The notes: a model not told the origin generated them from the letters alone. A stretch of DNA of 64,000 nt from an uncultured delta proteobacterium (GCA_963817385.1 CAWFOM010000016.1:1-64000); one strand, 5' to 3'. Shown: positions 1-12,283, counted from the first letter of the stretch. A program made the numbers and translations.

Positions 1-735
1 CGTGAAGCGCCAGGCGCAGAACCATTCCGCGGGATGGTCGTCCGGCGGGCAGGCGATGCAGGAGGTCCGGATTCGCGGGTCGATGGTCTCGGCAAACCCG
101 CGGTATTCGACAAGCCCCCCCGACTTGCAGGGGTAATCGGCGAGCCCCTTGTGCTTCCGCGCCGCCTGGACCCGGCAGTTGTTCATCTCGAAGACGAGGC
201 TCTCCGGGCCCTCTTCGCGGATCGTCTGGACGTTGATCCCGGCATAGAGGCGAAAACCCAGCGCCCGCTTCAGGCCGGCAAGGCCCGGCGCCTCCGGGAG
301 GCCGAGGAATCGCCGGATCGACCAGGCCTCGAACGGGGAGAAGCGCGTCCAGCAGGAGTCGTTACAGCGCTTGGCGTCCCAGATCCCGTCGCGGGCCTCG
401 ACCGCCTGGAACCAGATCCCGTCGCCCGCGAGCCAGTTCCTGCCCAGGTCGCCAAGCAGGGCGAGGAGTTTCTCCTTCGGCATCGCGAGGAGCGCTTTGG
501 GGATGCCGTTTTCCAACTCGAATCCGAGGGCCTCGGAGAGCCGCTTCATCTGGAGAGCGTAGCTTTTCTCCCAGACGGCCCCCATCATCTCGAGGGCCTT
601 TGCCCGCCCCATCTGGTGCTCCACCTCGGCAAACCAGAGGGTATGATGGACGATCGTCCGGTGAAGGAAATCCACCGCCAGGCGGGCCAGCTCCTCGCGC
701 CCCAACTCCTCCGGCCTTTCGACTGCGCTATCCAT
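1..735 (-). CDS. DUF6125-family protein; runs off the window start, two apparent frameshifts (~600-610 and ~115)
   Basis: Manual minus-strand translation: MDSAVERPEELGREELARLAVDFLHRTIVHHTLWFAEVEHQ...NWLAGDGIWFQAVE...CRVQAARKHKGLADYPCKS...CIACPPDDHPAEWFCAWRF. Family recognised from memory. Confidence 0.6.
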   Translation of the reverse strand, partial: MDSAVERPEELGREELARLAVDFLHRTIVHHTLWFAEVEHQMGRAKALEMMGAVWEKSYALQMKRLSEALGFELENGIPKALLAMPKEKLLALLGDLGRNWLAGDGIWFQAVEARDGIWDAKRCNDSCWTRFSPFEAWSIRRFLGLPEAPGLAGLKRALGFRLYAGINVQTIREEGPESLVFEMNNCRVQAARKHKGLADYPCKSGGLVEYRGFAETIDPRIRTSCIACPPDDHPAEWFCAWRFT

Positions 736-798
736 CTCCTTCACCTCTCTCCTCCTCCCGCGAAGACGTTCCCCGGAGGGTCCCGCCGGTCCGCGGCG

Positions 799-1170
799 TC
801 AGGCCTCTTTGCCGGTCCACTGCCGGTGCTCCGCCACGAGATGTTCGATCAGTTCGCGAAGCGGCCAGTGCTGGTTCTGAGCGGTAAGCGTGCAGAAGAT
901 GGGCCTCTTCAAGCCGCCGTCCCCCGGGAAGCCCTCGAGAACCATGTGGGTCTGCACTTCCGAAAAGCCGAGGAACATGAGGATCTTGGTCTCCTCCTCC
1001 GCGAAACACTCCTCCGGTCCCTTCCTGAGGATGTCGATGATCTTCATGTCCGCCTTCTGCGAAGCGCTCACCATGATCACATAGGTATCGAGGGTCTTGT
1101 CGAGAAACGCCTTGATAGTCCGGGCATCCTCCTGACGATAACCGCAGATCAGCACTCCCACCGATTGCAT
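799..1170 (-). CDS. DUF3783-like protein
   Basis: 123 aa ORF with ILMFLGFS...RPIFCTLTAQNQHWPLRELIEHLVAEH; RBS GGAGGG upstream. Confidence 0.7.
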   Translation of the reverse strand: MQSVGVLICGYRQEDARTIKAFLDKTLDTYVIMVSASQKADMKIIDILRKGPEECFAEEETKILMFLGFSEVQTHMVLEGFPGDGGLKRPIFCTLTAQNQHWPLRELIEHLVAEHRQWTGKEA

Positions 1171-1213
1171 GCCTTCCCTCCCGGGGAAATAGAAATTCAG
1201 GGAGTTACTGTAG

Positions 1214-1300
1214 ACCGGACAACCGGAGATTTCAAGCGGATTCGTCCGTCATCACCGGACATTGTCCGGCTTCAGCGGATTCGGTCCGGTTCGACCGGAC
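1214..1300. repeat. ACCGGAC boxes at exact 40-bp spacing, in an imperfect 40-bp tandem repeat
   Basis: ACCGGACA at 1214, 1254 and 1294; GCGGATTCG in both full units; palindrome CCGGACATTGTCCGG at 1255-1269. Confidence 0.6.
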
Positions 1301-1412
1301 AGCAATCCCTCCCCTTTCCTTTTTTCTTCAGCTCCCCGGCTGCGGCGTTGTGAACGTATTTATCGCTTGATATTAAATTCTTGGGTGATTCCTGCAATGG
1401 ATATAATCGTTC

Positions 1413-1427
1413 TGGCATGTCTTTTGA
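1413..1427 (+). promoter_or_regulatory. possible sigma-54 (-24/-12) promoter
   Basis: TGGCATGTCTTTTGA: correct -24/-12 spacing but GA instead of GC at -12. Confidence 0.35.
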
Positions 1428-1484
1428 GATACGTTTGACAGACCAGCCCGTTTCCCTGGTCGGATGCAACCAAAGGAGGATTTC

Positions 1485-1895
1485 ATGCATACCATGAATG
1501 TCCTGTTTTATTCGGCGCCACTTAAAGGGATCGGCAGGCGGTTTCTCCGGATCATCCTTTCTCACATCCCGCAGGACCGGGTCGAAATCTGCCGATCCAT
1601 CGCCGCACTCGATTCGCGGCTCCACAAACCTCTGGACGGCATGACCATTGCGGTCTTCCATATCCGCAGCGAGGACGAGCTGGAGGTATTGATCGCCCGG
1701 CGCGACCTTCTTGCGGATTTCCGCACTATCCTGGTTCTGCCGGACAGCGAAGAAAGCACCATAGCCCGCGGGCACCTCCTGAGACCGCGCTTCGTCGTCT
1801 ACGGCGACGGCGATCTGCCGGATGTATCGGTCGTCTTGGGGAAGATGCTCCAGGGAAACAAAAAAGACGCCACGGCGGGCCTCCGATACGGGTGA
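1485..1895 (+). CDS. hypothetical protein, degenerate receiver-like alpha/beta pattern
   Basis: ORF with RBS AAGGAGG; alternating beta/alpha pattern (VLFY, IAVFH, TILVLPD, RPRFV). Confidence 0.6.
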   Translation: MHTMNVLFYSAPLKGIGRRFLRIILSHIPQDRVEICRSIAALDSRLHKPLDGMTIAVFHIRSEDELEVLIARRDLLADFRTILVLPDSEESTIARGHLLRPRFVVYGDGDLPDVSVVLGKMLQGNKKDATAGLRYG

Positions 1896-1966
1896 GCTTC
1901 GCCAAAGCGATCAATAGGATAACAAACAGAGAGAACAAATGAATCACGTGAGAATACAAAAAATAT

Positions 1967-1993
1967 TAAAGTAATACCGGGAAAAGCCGATAA
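1967..1993 (+). promoter_or_regulatory. sigma-28 (FliA) promoter
   Basis: TAAA-N15-GCCGATAA, a perfect consensus, 55 bp upstream of cheW. Confidence 0.8.
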
Positions 1994-2048
1994 TTAAGAC
2001 ATCGTAATTGTATTTTTCATTCATACCTTGCAATGTAGGAGGAAAACC

Positions 2049-2555
2049 ATGGAAACAGCAGTGCTTGATCAGGCCGCCAAGGCCATCGCGGACCGCGAAG
2101 GAAAGTATCTGACTTTCGCTTTGGCCGGTGAGGAGTACGGCATCGGCATCTTGAAGGTCAAGGAGATCATCGGCCTGATGCCGATCACCACCATCCCCCA
2201 GACGCCGGGTTACGTCAAAGGCGTCATCAACCTCCGGGGGAAGGTGATCCCCGTAGCGGACCTCCGGCTGAAGTTCGGCATGGAGGCCATGGAGTACAAT
2301 GACCGGACCTGCATCATCGTGGTGGAGATCGCCGGCACGGGCCGGACGATCCTGATGGGGATCGTCGTGGATTCCGTCTCGGAGGTCCTCAACATCAAGG
2401 GCGGCGACATCGAGGACACCCCGAATTTCGGCAGCCACCTCAACACCGCCTTCATCCTCGGCATGGCCAAGACGAACGGCTCCGTCAAGATCCTCCTCGA
2501 CATCGACCGGGTCTTCCGGGAAGAGGAAGTGGCCGCCCTGACCCAGGCAGCATAA
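2049..2555 (+). CDS. cheW: chemotaxis coupling protein CheW
   Basis: KYLTFALAGEEYGI, GVINLRGKVIPV, GIVVDSVSEV motifs. Confidence 0.95.
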   Translation: METAVLDQAAKAIADREGKYLTFALAGEEYGIGILKVKEIIGLMPITTIPQTPGYVKGVINLRGKVIPVADLRLKFGMEAMEYNDRTCIIVVEIAGTGRTILMGIVVDSVSEVLNIKGGDIEDTPNFGSHLNTAFILGMAKTNGSVKILLDIDRVFREEEVAALTQAA

Positions 2556-2609
2556 CCCTTATCCCCCGGCTGTCGTTGCAATCGGCGGTCGATATGGAGG
2601 AAACAAACT

Positions 2610-4367
2610 ATGAAGTTTTCGAATATTTCATTAACGGGGAAAATCATCAGCCTGATCATTCTGACCGTTCTGATTGTCGGCGGCGTCACCTTTGTCTCCG
2701 CCTACTACTTCCTTTCGAAAGGATACGATGAGCAGGCCGAAAAGGAGATCGCCATGACCTCCCGGATGATCCAGGTCAACTTCGACGACTTGAAGGAAAA
2801 AGTAAAAGGATCCGCCGCCTCTTTCGCCGGCAGGCCGGACGTCGCGGCGGCGGTGGAGAAAAAGGACACGGCCTATCTGCAGAAACTCGGCAAAACGATC
2901 ATGGCCAATGAAAAGATGGGATTTGTGACGATCGCCGACAAGGAGGGAAACGTCATCGCCCGGGGACATTCGGATAAAACAGGCGACAGCATCACCAACC
3001 AGATCAACGTGAAAAAAGCTCTGGCCGGCGAGGTTTCCGTGGGTATCGAGTCGGGAAGCGTGGTGAAGCTCTCTCTTCGGGCAGGGGCGCCCGTCAAGAT
3101 CGACGGCCGCATCGTGGGGACCGTCACCCCGGGCATTGACCTCCCCAAAGATCATGCCTTCGTCGACGATATCAAAAAAGGCTTCGGCGTGGAGTGCACC
3201 ATTTTCGATCAGGACGAACGGATCACGACGACCCTGCAGAGGGAAGGCAAACGGATCGTCGGAACGAAAATGGATAATCCCAAGGTGATCGAGACGGTCA
3301 TCAGGAACGGGCAAACATTCCTCAACAGGAACAGGATCCAGGGCGAAGATTACAATACCGCCTACTGGCCGATGACCGGCGCCGACGGCAAGATTACCGG
3401 CATGTTCTTTATCGGTAAAGACCGGACCGCCATCGCCAAGTCGCTGCAGAACGTTGTCTGGGCGATCCTGATCTCGGTCCTGACCGTCGGCCTTCTCATG
3501 GCTACGGCGGCCTGGTTCCTCGCCCGCTCGACCGTCCGACCCGTCTTCCAGGCCACGGACTTTCTGAACCAAGCCTCAGCAGAGGTGACAAACGCCGCGA
3601 GTCAGATCTCCTCGGCCAGCCAGTCCCTGGCGGAGGGGGCCACCGAACAGGCGTCCTCCCTGGAGGAAACGTCGTCTTCTCTGGAGGAGATGGCCTCCAT
3701 GACCAAGCAGAATGCCGACAACGCCAACCAGGCCAAAGCCATGATGGCGGAAACGAAGAAGATCGTCGAGAAGGTGGACAGCCATATGAGCAAGATGGCC
3801 GCGGCGATCGCAGAGATCACGAAGACCAGCGAGGAGACGGGAAAGATCATCAAGACGATCGACGAGATCGCCTTCCAGACGAACCTGCTGGCTCTGAACG
3901 CCGCCGTGGAGGCGGCACGGGCGGGCGAGGCGGGGGCTGGATTCGCCGTCGTTGCCGACGAGGTCCGGAATCTCGCCATGCGGGCGGCGGAGGCGGCCCG
4001 AGACACCAACGGCCTGATCGAAAACACGATCAAGGCCGTCAAGCAGGGAAATGAGCTGACATCCGCGACCCGAGAGGCCTTCCGGGAGAACGTGGCTGTC
4101 GCCGGCAAGGTGGGCCAGTTGATCGATGAAATCGCCGCAGCCTCCCAGGATCAGGCCCAAGGGATCTCCCAGATAAACAAGGCCGTATCGGAGATGGACA
4201 AGGTGACGCAGCAGACGGCTGCCGGCGCCGAGGAGTCCGCCTCCGCCTCCGAGGAGCTGACCGCCCAGGCGGAACAGATGAAAGGATATGTGAGCAATCT
4301 GGTTGCCGTCATCGGCGGCAAGGCGTCAATCGATACGGAATCTCGACAGTTGGTACGGCATGCGTAA
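2610..4367 (+). CDS. methyl-accepting chemotaxis protein with periplasmic Cache-type sensor
   Basis: Two TM helices flanking a ~250 aa sensor; [34 protein letters not shown] hairpin. Confidence 0.95.
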   Translation: MKFSNISLTGKIISLIILTVLIVGGVTFVSAYYFLSKGYDEQAEKEIAMTSRMIQVNFDDLKEKVKGSAASFAGRPDVAAAVEKKDTAYLQKLGKTIMANEKMGFVTIADKEGNVIARGHSDKTGDSITNQINVKKALAGEVSVGIESGSVVKLSLRAGAPVKIDGRIVGTVTPGIDLPKDHAFVDDIKKGFGVECTIFDQDERITTTLQREGKRIVGTKMDNPKVIETVIRNGQTFLNRNRIQGEDYNTAYWPMTGADGKITGMFFIGKDRTAIAKSLQNVVWAILISVLTVGLLMATAAWFLARSTVRPVFQATDFLNQASAEVTNAASQISSASQSLAEGATEQASSLEETSSSLEEMASMTKQNADNANQAKAMMAETKKIVEKVDSHMSKMAAAIAEITKTSEETGKIIKTIDEIAFQTNLLALNAAVEAARAGEAGAGFAVVADEVRNLAMRAAEAARDTNGLIENTIKAVKQGNELTSATREAFRENVAVAGKVGQLIDEIAAASQDQAQGISQINKAVSEMDKVTQQTAAGAEESASASEELTAQAEQMKGYVSNLVAVIGGKASIDTESRQLVRHA

Positions 4368-4394
4368 AATACAAGAACCGTTAAGGAGCAGTCC

Positions 4395-6026
4395 ATGAAG
4401 AACATGAAATTAAGCATAAAGTTAGTCACCAGCTTCCTCGTTGCGGCGTTGGTAACCCTGATCGTGGGTTTCATCGGCCTGGACGGAATCTCTAAATCGG
4501 GTCAACTTGCGACCGATCTGAGTCTCTCAAAACTCCTCGCACAGAGGGAGATCGACCATCTGAATTGGGTCCTCAAAGTCGGTGATTTTCAACATGATGA
4601 GAATCTGACCAAGCTGGATGTAGAAAAGGACGAACACAAATGCGGTTTCGGGAAATGGTATTACGGTGAAGACCGCCAAAAGGTGGAAAGTAAATTCCCG
4701 GCTATCGTTGACAAGTTGAAGCAGATCGAGGAGCCGCATCGAAATCTCCATCAATCCGCCGTGGTTTTGGAAGGATTCCTCCAGAAAGGGAAGGAATCCC
4801 GTCCCGAGGCCGTTCAATATTATCGGACGCAAACGTTGGCAATCCTCAAAGATGTCCGGATGCAACTCGGTGATGTGAGGACGACGGTGGAACGATCCCT
4901 CCTGGAATCCGGCAAATCCGCGGAAGCCCATGTGTCCCAGGCCAAGCTCTTCTCCATATCGGGAATGGTCATCGGCGTTTTGATCGCCATCTCGCTCGGC
5001 GTTTTTCTGTCGCTGTCGATTATCCGTCCGATCAACCGTGTGGTTGAGGGGCTCAACGAGGGAGCAGAAAAGGTGGTGGCGGCATCCTCTCAGATTGCCT
5101 CGGCAAGCCAGAGCCTCGCCGAAGGGGCATCCGAACAGGCATCCGCCCTGGAGGAGACGTCGTCTTCTCTGGAGGAGATGTCCTCCATGACCAAGCAGAA
5201 CGCCGACAACGCCAACCAGGCCAAAGCCATGATGGCGGAAACGAAGAAGATCGTCGAGAAGGTGGACAGCCATATGAGCAAGATGGCCGAGTCGATCGCG
5301 GAGATCACGAAGACCAGCGAGGAAACGGGAAAGATCATCAAGACGATCGACGAGATCGCCTTCCAGACGAACCTGCTGGCCTTGAACGCCGCCGTGGAGG
5401 CGGCACGGGCGGGCGAGGCGGGGGCTGGATTCGCCGTTGTTGCCGACGAGGTCCGGAACCTTGCCTTGCGGGCGGCGGAGGCGGCGCGGAATACGAACGG
5501 CCTGATCGAAAACACGATCAAATCGGTAAAGCGAGGGAACGAACTGACCCAGGCGACCCGGGAGGCCTTTCGGGAAAACGTCTCCAACGCTGCCAAAATT
5601 GCCCAGCTGGTCGATGAGATCGCCGCAGCCTCGAACGAACAGGCGCAGGGGATTAATCAGGTCAACAAGGCCGTATCGGAGATGGACAAAGTGACGCAAC
5701 ATACGGCTGCCAGCGCCGAGGAGTCCGCCTCCGCTTCGGAAGAGATGGCCGGCCAGGCGGAGCAGATGAGGGGTTACGTGGGCGATCTGTCGGCCGTAAT
5801 CGGCGGCAGCGGAAAAGGGAACAGGGCATCGGTTTCATCAGTGTCTGCCGGTGGTAGCGGCAAGAAATCGCAAAAAACCTCCGGTTGGGGTCGTCCGGCA
5901 TTGCCATTGCCAGGGGTGAAGACGATAGCCGGGAAAGCGGTTGCCCGTCGCGGCAAGAATCCCGTGAAGGCAGTCCGTCCCGAACAGGTGATACCCTTGA
6001 AAGAAGGAGAATTCAAAGATTTCTAA
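4395..6026 (+). CDS. methyl-accepting chemotaxis protein with CZB (zinc-binding) sensor domain
   Basis: DHLNW...KCGFGKWYY...PHRNLH (3His+1Cys) between two TM helices; MCP signalling domain; C-terminal EFKDF pentapeptide-like tail. Confidence 0.92.
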   Translation: MKNMKLSIKLVTSFLVAALVTLIVGFIGLDGISKSGQLATDLSLSKLLAQREIDHLNWVLKVGDFQHDENLTKLDVEKDEHKCGFGKWYYGEDRQKVESKFPAIVDKLKQIEEPHRNLHQSAVVLEGFLQKGKESRPEAVQYYRTQTLAILKDVRMQLGDVRTTVERSLLESGKSAEAHVSQAKLFSISGMVIGVLIAISLGVFLSLSIIRPINRVVEGLNEGAEKVVAASSQIASASQSLAEGASEQASALEETSSSLEEMSSMTKQNADNANQAKAMMAETKKIVEKVDSHMSKMAESIAEITKTSEETGKIIKTIDEIAFQTNLLALNAAVEAARAGEAGAGFAVVADEVRNLALRAAEAARNTNGLIENTIKSVKRGNELTQATREAFRENVSNAAKIAQLVDEIAAASNEQAQGINQVNKAVSEMDKVTQHTAASAEESASASEEMAGQAEQMRGYVGDLSAVIGGSGKGNRASVSSVSAGGSGKKSQKTSGWGRPALPLPGVKTIAGKAVARRGKNPVKAVRPEQVIPLKEGEFKDF

Positions 6027-6046
6027 CCTGCCGATAGGGACAGGCG

Positions 6047-6088
6047 ACAGAAGGGGAATCCCTGCGATAGGGATTCCCCTTCTGTTTC
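6047..6088 (+). terminator. intrinsic terminator
   Basis: ACAGAAGGGGAATCCCT / AGGGATTCCCCTTCTGT inverted repeat followed by Ts. Confidence 0.85.
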
Positions 6089-6315
6089 AGAAAGCCACGC
6101 AACCGACTTGTGGTCATACCGGAAACGGCGCGGTATTCCCTCGGACCGTCCACGATCATCCGATTTCGTGGCTTGCGAACCATCCTCATATTCCTTGACA
6201 AGCTGCGCGTCTCTGCGATAGGAATAGATATTCCGACATGCATCGGATCAAGCATCTCAGACAACTTGCCGGACGGTCACTGTTGGGGGAACATCCCGCG
6301 GGAGGGTGGTGCAGG

Positions 6316-8004
6316 GTGAACAGGTATTTCTCAAAAGAGACCATCAATCAGTCGGCAGAACTCACCCATACATGGGAGGACGAGGTCAGGCGGTCCACGG
6401 GGAATGCAGACGATCGGGGCCCCCGCCGGTCCACCGTCTCCGACCTGGAGATCAAGCGGCTCTACACCCCCCAAGACATTCAGCAGATGGATTTCGCCCG
6501 GGACGTCGGCGCCCCCGGCGTGTTCCCCTTCCTCCGCGGAAACCAGGCCACCGGCTACCGCGGCCGTTACTGGACCTTCCGGATGTTCGCCGGCATGGGA
6601 AGCGCGAAGGACACGAATGCCCGCTGGCGCATGCTCCTCGAGTCGGGACAGACGGGGCTCAGCACCGCCTTCGATTTTCCGACGCTGATGGGCTACGACA
6701 GCGACTCACCCAAAGCGCTGGGCGAAGTGGGACGTTGCGGCGTCGCCATCGACTCCCTCGATGATTTCCTGACCCTCATGGAGGGGATGCCGATGGATCG
6801 GGTGACGACCTCCATGACGATCAACCCCCCCGCGACCGCCCTCTGGGCGATGTACTGTGCGGCGGCGGAGCTCAAGGGGGTACCGCTGACGAAGATCGGC
6901 GGGACGATCCAGAACGACATGCTCAAGGAGTTCATCGCCCAGAAGACCTTCATGTGCCCGCCGGAGCCCTCGGTGCGGCTCATCAGCGACACCGTCGAGT
7001 TCGGCGCGAAGCATGTCCCCAAGTGGAACCCCATCAGCATCAGCGGCTACCACATCCGGGAGGCCGGCGCCACGGCCGTCCAGGAGTTGGCCTTCACGCT
7101 CCGCGACGGGATCGAATACGTGGAGGATGTCATCCGCCGCAAGGGGCTCGACGTGGACGAATTCGCCCCGCGCCTCTCCTTCTTCTTCAACTCCCACATC
7201 GACTTCTTCGAGGAGATCTGCAAGATGCGCGCGGCCCGGCGGATCTGGGCGAAGGTGATGCGCGACCGCTTCCACGCAAAGGACCCCCGCTCCTGGTGGA
7301 TGCGCTTCCACACCCAGACGGCGGGCTGCTCGCTCACGGCTCAACAACCCTACAACAATGTCGTCCGGACGGCCGTCGAGGCGCTCGCCGCGGTCCTCGG
7401 CGGCACCCAGTCCCTTCATACCAACTCCCTCGACGAGGTCCTCTGCCTTCCCTCCGACCATGCCGTGGAGATCGCGCTTCGGACGCAACAGATCATCGCC
7501 GAGGAGACCGGCGTCGCAAACACCATCGACCCCCTGGCCGGATCCTATTTCGTGGAATCCCTGACCAACGAGATGGAGGAGAAGGCCTGGGAGTACATCG
7601 ACAAGATCGATGCGATGGGGGGAATGACCGTCGCAATTGAAAAGGGGTTCCCCCAGATGGAGATCGCCGACGCGGCCTACCGCTTCCAGCAGCAGATCGA
7701 CGCGCAGGAGAAGGTAATGGTCGGTGTGAACAAGTACGCCACCGACACCAAGCAGGCAATCCCCGTCGTCGACATCGACGAGCGGGTCGAGGAGGAGCAG
7801 ATCGCCCGCCTCCAGGCCGTGAAGCGGAGGCGCGATTCCCGCGCCGTTCTGCGTGACCTCGATGACCTGAAGGATGCATGTAAAACCGGCAAAAACGTCA
7901 TGCCCTTCTGCATCCAGGCGGTGAAGGATTTCGCCACGGTGCAGGAGATCTGCGACGTCTACCGGGAGGTGTTCGGGGAGTACCGCGACCCGGGGCTGTA
8001 CTAG
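6316..8004 (+). CDS. B12-dependent acyl-CoA mutase large subunit, isobutyryl-CoA mutase-like
   Basis: [48 protein letters not shown] start after GGAGGG. Confidence 0.9.
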   Translation: MNRYFSKETINQSAELTHTWEDEVRRSTGNADDRGPRRSTVSDLEIKRLYTPQDIQQMDFARDVGAPGVFPFLRGNQATGYRGRYWTFRMFAGMGSAKDTNARWRMLLESGQTGLSTAFDFPTLMGYDSDSPKALGEVGRCGVAIDSLDDFLTLMEGMPMDRVTTSMTINPPATALWAMYCAAAELKGVPLTKIGGTIQNDMLKEFIAQKTFMCPPEPSVRLISDTVEFGAKHVPKWNPISISGYHIREAGATAVQELAFTLRDGIEYVEDVIRRKGLDVDEFAPRLSFFFNSHIDFFEEICKMRAARRIWAKVMRDRFHAKDPRSWWMRFHTQTAGCSLTAQQPYNNVVRTAVEALAAVLGGTQSLHTNSLDEVLCLPSDHAVEIALRTQQIIAEETGVANTIDPLAGSYFVESLTNEMEEKAWEYIDKIDAMGGMTVAIEKGFPQMEIADAAYRFQQQIDAQEKVMVGVNKYATDTKQAIPVVDIDERVEEEQIARLQAVKRRRDSRAVLRDLDDLKDACKTGKNVMPFCIQAVKDFATVQEICDVYREVFGEYRDPGLY

Positions 8005-8095
8005 GAAAACAGCGCTGCTATGGCAGTTGCATGGTTACAAGGATAAAGGATCTTTTAAAGGAATCAATACGGGAATTGTCCGGATTGCGGAGGTT

Positions 8096-8218
8096 GCCGG
8101 GGTTGGGATTTCGTGAGGTCGCGGATCTTTTTTCGACCCTGCACATCCTCGCTCCGCTGCGGTGGCAGGGTGCCCGAAAAAATCTCCAATGCTCCCCTCA
8201 CGAAACCCCGCCCCCGGC
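8096..8218. repeat. long hairpin repeat family, copy A
   Basis: GGATCTTTTTTCGACCCTGC...GCAGGGTGCCCGAAAAAATCTCCAATG core inside an outer stem; shared with 27711, 27924 and 31341. Confidence 0.8.
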
Positions 8219-8311
8219 ACGATCACACTATCGGGAGCGTGTTGATAAACACCATCGAGGAGAGTACCGTCCCCCGATAACGGGGAGGAAGAGCAGTACG
8301 AGGACAGGCTG

Positions 8312-8716
8312 ATGACGGCAAGAACAATTCGAATCATGGTGGCCAAACCGGGCCTCGACGGCCACGATCGCGGCGCCCGGGTGCTTGCCCGCTGTTTCCG
8401 CGATGCGGGCTTCGAGGTGATCTACACGGGCTGCCACCAGACCCCGGAGCAGATCGCCGCGGCGGCAATCCAGGAGGATGTCGACCTGGTGGGCTTAAGC
8501 TGCCTCTCCGGCGCGCACCGCACCCTCTTCCCCCGCGTCGTGGAGCTCCTCCGGGAGCGCGGGGCGGACGACATCACCGTCATCGGCGGCGGGATCATCC
8601 CCGACCAGGACTTTCCGCTTCTCACCGACGCCGGCATCAAGGCGATCTTCACCCCCGGCGCCAAGCTCGACACGATCGTCGACTGGGTCCGGGCGAATGT
8701 CAAACCGCGGAAATAG
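8312..8716 (+). CDS. acyl-CoA mutase small, cobalamin-binding subunit
   Basis: [10 protein letters not shown] (DxHxxG) motif, SCLSG, GGGIIP. Confidence 0.95.
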   Translation: MTARTIRIMVAKPGLDGHDRGARVLARCFRDAGFEVIYTGCHQTPEQIAAAAIQEDVDLVGLSCLSGAHRTLFPRVVELLRERGADDITVIGGGIIPDQDFPLLTDAGIKAIFTPGAKLDTIVDWVRANVKPRK

Positions 8717-8720
8717 GCGA

Positions 8721-9697
<977 letters not shown>

Positions 9698-9708
9698 ATG
9701 AGGGTGAG

Positions 9709-10272
9709 ATGGACACCACTGCCGATCCGAGAAAGACCGTTCTGGAGAAGTACCGCAAGGGACTCGTCCAGGTCTACACGGGCGAGGGGAAGGGGAAGAC
9801 GACCGCCGCCTTCGGCCAGGCGCTGCGCGCGATCGGCCAGGGCTACCGGGTCTGCGTCATTCAGTTCATGAAGGGGCGCAAATACGGCGAATGCCTCGCG
9901 GCGGAAAGGCACCTTCCGAACCTCACCGTCCACCTTGCCGGTCTCGACAGCTTCGTCATGCGGGAGAACCCGGCGCCGCTCGATATCGAACTGGCCCGCC
10001 AGGGGCTCGATATCGCCCGGAAGGCGGTCGCCTCCGGCGACTACGACATGGTGATCCTCGACGAGATCAACGTCGCGGCCGACTTCCGTCTGATCCCTCT
10101 CGATGACGTCATCGACCTCGTGAAAAACAAACCCGCCTCCGTCGATCTGATCCTCACCGGCCGCTACGCCCCGACGGAGATCATCGCGCTGGCCGACACG
10201 GTAAGCGAGATCCGGGAGGTCCGCCACCACTACGGAGCCGGCGTGAAGGAGCGCGCCGGGATTGAATACTAA
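9709..10272 (+). CDS. cobO: cob(I)alamin adenosyltransferase, CobO/BtuR type
   Basis: VYTGEGKGKTTAAFG, QFMKG, ILDEIN, LILTGR, GIEY. Confidence 0.93.
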   Translation: MDTTADPRKTVLEKYRKGLVQVYTGEGKGKTTAAFGQALRAIGQGYRVCVIQFMKGRKYGECLAAERHLPNLTVHLAGLDSFVMRENPAPLDIELARQGLDIARKAVASGDYDMVILDEINVAADFRLIPLDDVIDLVKNKPASVDLILTGRYAPTEIIALADTVSEIREVRHHYGAGVKERAGIEY

Positions 10273-10332
10273 ACGCAACCGCGGGACCCCGTGAAAATAT
10301 CGAGACACCGCTCCGGTCCATCGCCCTCCAGG

Positions 10333-10370
10333 AAAAAGCCCCGGCAACCACACGTTCACCGGGGCTTTCT
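10333..10370. terminator. probable bidirectional terminator between convergent genes
   Basis: AAAGCCCCGG...CCGGGGCTTT. Confidence 0.7.
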
Positions 10371-10422
10371 CATTGAAGCTCATCGCAGCATGCTGCGGAG
10401 GATCTTCAACCCTCCATCTTAT

Positions 10423-11250
10423 CTAGGGCGTCAGCGCCTCCTTGAGAATTCCCAACTCCGCGAGGATCGGCTCCAGTCGTCGCTTGCTGAGCGCCCGGTC
10501 CTCATTCGACCTCGGCAGCTCGATGTTCAGCGTCCCCGTGAAACCGGCCTTCATGAGGTTCTTGAAGACCCGCTTGAAGTCGATTTTCCCGTTCCCGACC
10601 GGGACATGGCGGTCCAGGACGAGGTCGTTGTCGCTCACGTGGGTGCTGACGATCCGGCCGGGGAAGGCGTCGATGAACCTCTCGGGACCGCCCGGCAGGA
10701 GGCTTGCGTGGGCGATGTCCAGGGTGAGGCCGAAGTACTTCGACTGGATCACGTCGAAGACCCGCTTCAGCTCCTCGACGGTGACGCCCAGGTAGGCGAT
10801 CTCCGCCTCCTCGTGGATCTTGTTCATGTTCTCGATGCCGATCGGCAGCTTGTACTTCTCCGCGAGCTCCACGACGGGCGTGTAGGTCTTGATCAGGCAG
10901 TCGAAGACGTGGTCCATGAAGAGGCTGAAGTGGTAGCCGAAATGCAGGACGACGTACTCGGCCTCAAGCTGGTGGGCCAGCTCCACATAGTCCATCAGGT
11001 GCTGCTGAACCGCCTTGCGGACGGTCGGCTCGATCTCGGCGGCGTTGACGAACGACGCCGAATGGAGGCCGTACTTGACGCCGGCCTGATCCCTCAGCTT
11101 CCTGATGCCGCTGATGCGCGCGGGGGTCCATTTATCCAGAAAATTGTTCGGGTTGTTGCAGCTCAGCTCCATCCAGGGAAAGCCGTTCTCCTTCGCAAAG
11201 GCGAAGTACTCCTCCATGGGTTGCGGTCCGGCGTTAAAACACAGCTTCAT
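10423..11250 (-). CDS. sugar phosphate isomerase/epimerase family protein (AP endonuclease 2 TIM barrel)
   Basis: GIENM, LDIAH, HVSDN..DRH, NIE metal motifs; own RBS GGAGG before the ATG at 11250. Confidence 0.85.
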   Translation of the reverse strand: MKLCFNAGPQPMEEYFAFAKENGFPWMELSCNNPNNFLDKWTPARISGIRKLRDQAGVKYGLHSASFVNAAEIEPTVRKAVQQHLMDYVELAHQLEAEYVVLHFGYHFSLFMDHVFDCLIKTYTPVVELAEKYKLPIGIENMNKIHEEAEIAYLGVTVEELKRVFDVIQSKYFGLTLDIAHASLLPGGPERFIDAFPGRIVSTHVSDNDLVLDRHVPVGNGKIDFKRVFKNLMKAGFTGTLNIELPRSNEDRALSKRRLEPILAELGILKEALTP

Positions 11251-11313
11251 CTTACTGTTCCTCCGATTCTTTGATTTAAGTTGTTTTTCATCCTGCAGAT
11301 CTACCCTTCCAGA

Positions 11314-12283
11314 GTCGATCTGGTACTCTCCGTCCTTTACAATGCATTTGCCGTCCAGGTAAATCGACACGTTCAGGAAGACAAAGTCGATATGGAACGT
11401 GGCATCGCTCTTCCCCCCGAGGGAGAGGTTGTCGCCGATGGCGATGTGGGCGGTCCCCAGTTTCTTCGAAACCTCCCGGGTATTGGGGATCACCAGGCAG
11501 GCGGGATTCGTTCCGAGGGCGAACTGCGAGGCGGCGTTGTACCCGGCGTCGTCCCTGCTCTCCAGGATGCGCTTGAGTTCCTTGGCATGCTTGCCTCCCG
11601 TGATGCTCGTGATCCTCCCCTTGGTGATCTCCATCCTGAACGGCTCGGTAATCTGCCCGATCTGATCGGCGATGTAGGGCGAGACGATCACCCCTTCGGT
11701 AATCCCCTCCAGCGGGGCCAGGGTGGCCTCCCCATCGGGCAGCCCGGAGAGTTCCCCGGGTTTGGTCACAAAACCCGACTGGGCGATCGCCTTGCGGCCG
11801 GCGGAGCGCATGGTGAAGTCCGTCCCCTCGGGGGTCGTCATCCTGATCACGTCCGCCTCCGTCAGGAGCCGGGCCAGCTTTTCCGTGATCCGCCTGACCT
11901 GCTGATAGTCGGCGGTGATCCCACCGGAGACCATCATCTCTTCGGTGACATTGCGCAGGTTGGCGACCCGGGCGCCCTTCTTCATCGCCTCCCGGACCGC
12001 CGCCGTGTGGGTCAGGCTGTAGGTCGACTGATTGATGACCACGTTCGCGGCGGCCATGGCCGCCGAGACCGGCGCCGGCGGCTCCGCTCCCCCGATCTCC
12101 TGGGGTTCCATTTTCACCACCACCACCACCCCGCCCGCGGACAGGGCGCTGTAGGCAATGGCCTGGGTGATGATCGGGGGGCCGGTCGGTATCCGTAACG
12201 ATCACCACACTCTCCCCTTTTTTTACCTGAACCACCTGGTTTATGAGCATATTCGCCGCAAAGGCCATTCTGGTTATTTCCAT
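11314..12283 (-). CDS. M29/thermophilic-metalloprotease-fold protein (aminopeptidase- or NicX-like); frameshift near 12178, stop codon apparently lost
   Basis: VKKGESVVIVTD, TPEGTD, LPDGEA, LGTNP, GTAHIAIGDN..GG....HID. Confidence 0.75.

Noticed and set aside
34..1353. 439-aa plus-strand ORF and other long antisense ORFs (14086-16167, 17621-19132, 21415-23040, 23677-25269, 61889-63925)
   Set aside because: Shadow frames of recognisable opposite-strand genes in GC-rich DNA; no motifs
6090..6315. Cobalamin riboswitch upstream of the mutase
   Set aside because: Only a CACTG..GGGAA fragment; the rest of the core is absent
10423..12129. 568-aa M29 - isomerase fusion in the ORF track
   Set aside because: The linker is intergenic-like and has its own GGAGG before the ATG at 11250; one missing T at CAGATC(T)GA would restore a stop. 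Probably an error, though not proven.
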